Positions 56,248 to 64,000 of a stretch of DNA of 64,000 bases are shown here, one piece after another. A model generated the notes under the pieces. It was given only the letters and a program-made list of their open reading frames with translations. It was not told the origin of the DNA and searched no databases. Both the position numbers and the translations under genes were made by a program. Positions within the stretch are counted from its first letter, which is position 1. Each line of letters begins with the position of its first letter. The DNA comes from Eledone cirrhosa (taxonomy: Eukaryota): positions 30,690,001-30,754,000 of the forward strand of contig OZ024759.1 of NCBI GenBank assembly GCA_964016885.1, given 5' to 3'.

Positions 56248-56281
<34 letters not shown>

Positions 56282-56805
56282 CATACACCTACACTCATAC
56301 ACGTAAAATTGATGTATTTTCCATAACTATAGATTATGGAAATTCTGTATACATACAAACATACATACATATATATACTTACATAAATATATACACACAC
56401 ATACACATATATAAATACATTTATACTTACATAAATACACATATATATAATTATATATAACTATATATGAGTGTAATTATGAATGTTTGTGTATGTATGT
56501 TCGTATGTATGTATCTCTCTATATATAACTATATGTATACATGTGTGTATGTAATTATGCATGTATGAATAGCTGTTTTTGTATGTATGCATGCATATTT
56601 GTATGTATCTATGCATGTTACTATATATGTATATGTGTATGTATGTTCCTGTCTATGTATGTATTTGTATGTACATAGCTAGTCACATAAATACATACAT
56701 GTATAAAACACAAAGACACATATATATATATATATAAATATATATATATGTGTGTGTATGTATGTGTTATACATGTATGTATTTATGTGACTAGCTATGT
56801 ACATA

Positions 56806-56875
<70 letters not shown>

Positions 56876-56879
<4 letters not shown>

Positions 56880-57142
56880 TGGAACACTGGAAGGTAATAT
56901 CCGTAGTGGTAGAGCACTCAGTCCATGGGACGAGTTAGGTAGAAGTGGTTACACAACAGTTAGTTCACCATACCGAGAACAATTGTTTCACCTTAGCGGA
57001 TCCTCAGCTCGTATTGGGCACTGTTATAGGAACAGGAAGGACCTTCCTGTTCCTGTAACCATGCCCAATACGAGCTGAGGATCCGCTAAGGTGAAACAAT
57101 TGTTCTCGGTGTGGTGAACTAACTGTTGTGTAACCACTTCTA
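56876..57142. mobile_element. Fold-back hammerhead mini-element, family H
   Basis: Near-perfect ~100-bp inverted arms (56940-57040 and 57042-57142) around a 1-nt centre. Tail at 56876-56939; (GA)n/(TA)n flanks. Confidence 0.75.
57071..57108 (+). ncRNA. Minimal type I hammerhead ribozyme (family H), 38 nt
   Basis: cgag-CTGAGGA-tcc/gctaa/ggt-GAAA-caattg-TT-ctcg, with a palindromic stem/loop III. Identical mirror copy at 56974-57011 (-). Confidence 0.72.
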
Positions 57143-57311
57143 TATATATATATATATATGTATGAATGAAGTAATTCCTTCGGAAAAGTCCAGGAAAAAG
57201 AGTGCTCTATGTATGCAACAGAGCTTAATTATTATTATTATGTAATAAACAACATAAGGCAATTATTCCATTTACCAGTGGTTTCTTAATTCAATAAACA
57301 AACCAGGATTT

Positions 57312-57369
57312 TTCATTCTGAGGATTGAAAGCAAAACCTTTTGCTTTTAAGAAACCACTGGTAAATGGA
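57312..57369 (+). ncRNA. Type I hammerhead ribozyme (family J) in fold-back element ~57160-57405
   Basis: ttcatt-CTGAGGA-ttgaaagcaaaa/cc/ttttgcttttaa-GAAA-cc/act/gg-TA-aatgga. Confidence 0.75.
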
Positions 57370-57403
57370 ATAATTGCCTTATGTTGTTTATTACATAATA
57401 ATA

Positions 57404-57434
<31 letters not shown>

Positions 57435-57474
57435 CAGATGTGAGAAAAACCACAGACCCTCCATCTCAACTCTA

Positions 57475-57511
57475 CTTTTGAAAAGCAGAAGAACTGCGAA
57501 ACCGGTAAAGG
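57475..57511 (+). ncRNA. Putative minimal hammerhead with U3-A8 core variant (family G)
   Basis: ctt-TTGAAAA-gcag/aagaa/ctgc-GAAA-ccgg-TA-aag. Related copies at 48856-48895 (-) and 48936-48975 (+). Confidence 0.5.
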
Positions 57512-58065
57512 AACCAAATAAATATATATATATATTTTTAAATAAGACTCCAGTTGCATTTTAGATTTCATCTTTTTTTCTTTCTACATACATATACACA
57601 TATAATTATCTATAACTATATTAGTGTACGTAATTATGGATGGAAGATGGATGGTTGCGTATGTATGTATCTATGTATGTTACTATATATGCATGTGTGT
57701 ATATGTTTGTGTCCATGTAGGTATTAGTATGTACATAGCTAATGACATAAATACATACTTGTAAAACAAACACCAACACACATTCACATAACTAAACTTA
57801 TGAATAATGGGACCAAATTTAAATTCATAAGCTTACGCACGCACATACATACATATACTCACACTCACATACACGTGTGTGTATTGGGTGTACTTATATA
57901 AATATGTATATATGGGTGTATATACCTGTATATTTATATATCTATATATGTACAAATACACACACATATATAAATACATACACACATTCATACATACGTA
58001 CACACACACATGTATATATATATATTTATATATATATATATACATATGTATATGTATCTATATAC

Positions 58066-58117
<52 letters not shown>

Positions 58118-58164
58118 ATACATACATACATATATATATATGTATATGTATGTTCATATATATG

Positions 58165-58244
<80 letters not shown>

Positions 58245-58530
58245 CAGCGACACTCCGTCGGTTACGACGACGGGCACTCCTGGTGATACGATAAATGGAA
58301 CAGTCGCTCGTGAGATTAACGTGCAAGTGGCGGACCCTTAACGTGGCTCTCAAGGAGATCCAGCTGGAGACACGATGTGGTAAGACTGTCCCTTCGAATC
58401 ACTGGTAAAGCTGTGTGGATTGTAACAACGTGAAATAAAATCTCTCGCTGGTAATCCACTAACCACTGAGCCATGTACCTCCACATATATAAATATATAC
58501 GTATATGATTATATCTGTGTGTACATATAC

Positions 58531-58616
<86 letters not shown>

Positions 58617-58859
58617 ATCCCTGTGTTTCGATTTTGGGCCCATTCGTTTCTTTGTTACATACACAACTCACACAAACATCCACATATGAATGTAAATATA
58701 TATACATATACATATATGTATTATATATATATATATATTATATGTTTCATATATATATATATATAGATATAGATATATAGATATATATATAATATATATA
58801 TAATATATATATATATACGTTTATATGTATATTATATATGTATTTATATATGTACATTA

Positions 58860-58930
<71 letters not shown>

Positions 58931-58944
58931 TATATATTATATAT

Positions 58945-58975
<31 letters not shown>

Positions 58976-59002
58976 TATATATTATATATACATATACATA
59001 AT

Positions 59003-59066
<64 letters not shown>

Positions 59067-59130
59067 GCATTTATATATATATATAATATATACATGTACA
59101 TAATTATATATATATATACATTTATATATG

Positions 59131-59223
<93 letters not shown>

Positions 59224-59227
59224 TATT

Positions 59228-59273
<46 letters not shown>

Positions 59274-59788
59274 TTACATTAATCATCATGTAACAAATTT
59301 AAATACCATTTTCATTAGTATGACTAATTGAGGTGAGGATGTAGTATACATACGTATATTTATACACATACATACACGCACTCAGGCACACATACATACA
59401 CACACACATACACGCATACATACATACACATATACATATAACCGTTCATATATACACGCATATTTACACACATACATACACCCATTCAGGCACACATACA
59501 TACACACACACATACATACACATACACACACCCACTCAGACACACATACATACACACACACACACACACATACACACACACACATACACATACATACACA
59601 TATACATATAACCGTTCATATATACACGCATACTTACACACATACATACACATACATACACCCACTCAGACACACATACATACACACACACACACATACG
59701 CATACATACATACACATATACATATAACCGTTCATATATACACGCATATTTACACACATACACCCACTCAGGCACACATACACATACA

Positions 59789-59836
<48 letters not shown>

Positions 59837-60281
59837 TACACATACATACCTGCGAACATGAATTTATCTTTAAAAAATCCACCTTTGAATCTTACGTTGC
59901 TTTAAGTAAATATTTAAGGAATAGCTTCACTGCAGTGATATAAATGAGTATATTTCTGTATATATTATATATATATATCTTCATTTCTTTATTCGTTTAT
60001 TCCAACCTATCTACAAGCAATACTTTTAATGGGAAATTATATTTTTTTTATTTATTTCTTCAGACATTTTTGAAACAACAAAGAATTATGACATTCTTCA
60101 AACGTAATGTTTTCGACTATTCATTTATTATAACCAACGTACTTATCCTGTGAAGTAGACTCAGTGTGTGTATTTACATATATGTAGGCGTGTGTCTGTG
60201 TGTGTGTGTCTAAAGTTTTTTCGATGATTACATATATACATGTGAATATATATATTTATATATATATATATTATATATATA

Positions 60282-60324
<43 letters not shown>

Positions 60325-60360
60325 GTTTATATCTATATGTATATATATATATATGTGTAC

Positions 60361-60395
<35 letters not shown>

Positions 60396-60418
60396 TTTTA
60401 AATATATATGTTTATATC

Positions 60419-60458
<40 letters not shown>

Positions 60459-60555
60459 TATGTCAAAGTATATGATAAAATATATGGAAAAATATGTGAA
60501 AAACTATATGTTTTTGTAAAATAACATTAAAGTTTAAGCAAAGAATCGTTATATT

Positions 60556-60594
<39 letters not shown>

Positions 60595-60597
60595 ATA

Positions 60598-60665
<68 letters not shown>

Positions 60666-60699
60666 AAAATTGAACGGGAACAAACAGAGAGGCAGTACG

Positions 60700-60736
<37 letters not shown>

Positions 60737-60978
60737 ATACTTGGGGAGGGTCATATTTGTGAAATATTGCCAGAATTAATAACAGAACACACTCACTGTT
60801 TGGTTGGTTTTCGCTTCTCGCTGTCTTTTATATCTGCGATCTAACTTAATCGGTCCTCAATGTTGCCATTGACTGACCGACGGTCAAAAACTATATATAT
60901 TTATATATATATATATATATATATAAACATATATAACGAATCTTCTTTAAGGTTATTTTAATATATATATATGTGTGA

Positions 60979-61020
<42 letters not shown>

Positions 61021-61161
61021 CCTAAAATTAATATGGTTCATTGATTACTCAATGAATATAGTTTTACAATAGATTAAAAGCACTCTACAGCTAAGTTTTC
61101 TGGAGTTATTAATATTATTCAAAATATTAATAAATGAAGACATTCACATAATCAAAATATA

Positions 61162-61227
61162 TGTTTTATTATATATATTTCGAAGGTACTCTGCTGATTT
61201 TTCAGTACGTCCTCGTCAGATAAAATA
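61162..61227 (-). ncRNA. Minimal type I hammerhead ribozyme (family C)
   Basis: Minus strand: ttttat-CTGACGA-ggacgtact/../agtaccttc-GAAA-tatata-TA-ataaaa. Confidence 0.68.
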
Positions 61228-61406
61228 CATGAATTGATGTATGACATACCTCAGCGGTCTTGATGGTTCAATTCCAGTATTTGCAGTACTGACAATACTG
61301 GAATTGTACCTTCGAAATATATATAGTAATACATATATTTTGATTATGTGAATGTCTTCATTTATTAGTATTTTGAATAATATATATATATATATTTATC
61401 TATATA

Positions 61407-61495
<89 letters not shown>

Positions 61496-61674
61496 GCAAT
61501 AAGTACAAAACCTCATAGCTATCAACCATCAAGTTAGACGTATGAAGTTTCGACTTCTACTGACATTACTGCTATGTATGTATATACTATTTACTTCTAT
61601 GTATGTAAATATGTATATATATATATCTGTTTCTTTGTTTAGGCTTCAACATCAGTCTGATTAGTCACACACAC

Positions 61675-61724
<50 letters not shown>

Positions 61725-62275
61725 AAACAAACATAGACATCTAGTGTATATTTCAAATATTATATGTAGATATAGTTTATATAATTTTTGAAATATACTC
61801 TAGACGCCTATGTTTGTTTACAAATATAGATTTTTAAAACTAGTCTACACACACATACGTACATATTCATATTATATACCATAGATGCTGATTTAAATAC
61901 AAATGCTTTTAGATTGATCAAATATTTGCTGAACGAACATTCTGTGAATGTATCATATATAGTATAAATTTTATTTTTCCTAAGAATACATCTTTCATTG
62001 ACGTTGGAATATCTTCAATGGTGCTTCTTTGTATGACGTCGTAAACTTTGTTGATCCAAGAGAGCATTCAAATGTGTCGGAAACATTAATGTATCCAAGA
62101 AGGTAAATGAGTAAATGTAAGAGAAGTGGGGAGGTAAATAGAGATAAAGTATATGATCAGTGCTTAACTTGGGGTTATGCAACGGCAACAGTTACTACCA
62201 CCGATGTTACGTCAATTTTTAAGGTATTGGAACGGCCCAACTCCAATTGTCATCGCCTCCATCTCTCTGGCGCTT

Positions 62276-62987
62276 CCCATCTCTCCGTATGGTGAGCAAA
62301 TGTGGTCTCACGTGCTGACCGCCCCCCCCCCCATCTCTCTGTATGGTGAGCAAATGTGGTCCCAAGTGCTGACCTCCCCATCTCTCTGTATGGTGAGAAA
62401 ATGTGGTCCCAAGTGCTGACCTCCCCATCTCTCTGTATGGTGAGCAAATGTGGTCCCAAGTGCTGGCCTCCCCACCTCTCTGTATGGTGAGCAAATGTGG
62501 TCCCACTTGCTGGCCTCCCCATTTCTCTGTATGGTGAGCAAATGTGGTCCCAAGTGCTGGCCTCCCCACCTCTCTGTATGGTGAGCAAATGTGGTCCCAC
62601 TTGCTGGCCTCCCCACCTCTCTGTATGGTGAACAAATGTGGTCCCAGGTGCTGACCTCCCCACCTCTCTGTATGGTGAACAAATGTGGTCCCAGGTGCTG
62701 ACCTCCCCACCTCTCTGTATGGTGAACAAATGTGGTCCCAGGTGCTGACCTCCCCATCTCTCTGTATGGTGAGAAAATGTGGTCCCAAGTGCTGACCTCC
62801 CCATATCTCTGTATGGTGAGCAAATGTGGTCCCACTTGCTGGCCTCCCCACCTCTCTGTATGGTTAGAAAATGTGGTCCCAAGTGCTGACCTCCCCACCT
62901 CTCTGTATGGTGAGCAAATGTAGTCCCAAGTGCTGACCTCCCCATCTCTCTGTATGGTAAGCAAATGTGGTCCCACTTGCTGGCCTC
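62276..62987. repeat. 47-bp minisatellite, ~15 copies
   Basis: Unit ccccatctctctgtatggtgagcaaatgtggtcccaagtgctgacct; period 47 (62341 to 62388). Confidence 0.92.
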
Positions 62988-63277
62988 GTCACATCCCTGG
63001 CGGACAGAATGGAGAAGGTAAATTACATTTATGTTATGTCTAGAGCTTTATAAGGTCGCACGAAATATTAATTATTTCCACAGCTAGACAGCCGAGCCTT
63101 ATCCCATCCTCATATAGGAGGGTCGGGAGGAGGGGAGGCATGGACTTATGGACCAGTAACTCTCCATCGTTTCCTGTCTCTTACCATTGCTGTACATTCC
63201 ACCAAACTTCTTCCTGTCCATTCCCTCATATCATCTGACCATCTCCTTTTCTGCTGCCCCCTGGCCTTTTCCCACTG

Positions 63278-64000
63278 TATTCACACATATACACATGTAT
63301 ACATACATTCACACATATACACATGTATACATACATTCACACATATACACATGTATACATACATTCACACATATACATATGTATACATACATTCACACAT
63401 ATACACATGTATACATACATTCACACATATACATATGTATATATACATTCACACATATACACATGTATACATACATTCACACATATACACATGTATACAT
63501 ACATTCACACATATACATATGTATATATACATTCACATATATATACATGTATACATACATTCACACATATACACATGTATATATACATTCACACATATAA
63601 ACATGTATATATACATTCACATATATATACATGTATACATACATTCACACATATACACATGTATATATACATTCACACATACACACATGTATACATACAT
63701 TCACACATACACACAGGTATACATACATCACACATACACACATGTATACATACATTCACACATACACACAGGTATACATACATTCACACATACACACATG
63801 TATACATACATTCACACATACACACATGTATACATACATTCACACATATACACATATATACATACATTCACACATACATACATGTATACATACATTCACA
63901 CATATATACACATATATACCATACATTCACACATTTACACATGTATACATACATTCACACATACACACATGTATACATACATTCACACATATACACATAT
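63278..64000. repeat. 28-bp minisatellite running to the window end
   Basis: Unit cattcacacatatacacatgtatacata; period 28 (63281 to 63309). Confidence 0.92.

Noticed and set aside
62177-62976. 210-231 aa ORFs in three minus-strand frames; CRISPR-like regular repeat
   Set aside because: A 47-bp head-to-tail minisatellite with no unique spacers and no cas genes, in a eukaryotic context.

Overview
Very AT-rich eukaryotic genomic DNA, dominated by (TA)n/(CA)n/(TAA)n microsatellites and tRNA-derived SINEs. The repeat content looks cephalopod (Octopus-like); this is an inference. Nearly all ORFs in the supplied track are translations of microsatellites. The real content falls into three parts. (1) The last five coding exons of a + strand ERGIC1 (ERGIC-32) gene lie at 5373-5486, 16961-17015, 25384-25484, 26436-26555 and 31495-31602, with canonical GT-AG sites and consistent phases; its 5' exons were not found in the window. 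(2) A young, 5'-truncated R4/Dong-type non-LTR retrotransposon (RT + CCHC + restriction-like endonuclease, 950 uninterrupted codons) sits antisense in an ERGIC1 intron inside (TAA)n. Two shorter 3'-end copies of it also sit in (TAA)n. (3) The most striking signal is about 20 small (150-500 bp) insertions embedded in (TA)n tracts, from at least 8 sequence-unrelated families. Most contain a type I hammerhead ribozyme fold, several of them minimal with a palindromic stem III or a variant core. Many share one fold-back architecture: a long arm ending in an ACTC..GAGT(G/A)CT hairpin 'tail', plus an inverted shorter arm that stops just before that tail. I read these as Penelope-like/retrozyme-like termini targeted to (TA)n. 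The window also holds decayed RTE, CR1-like and Tx1-like LINE fragments, minisatellites born from TE segments, and palindromes centred on (TA)n tracts. All structures were folded by eye; none was computed.
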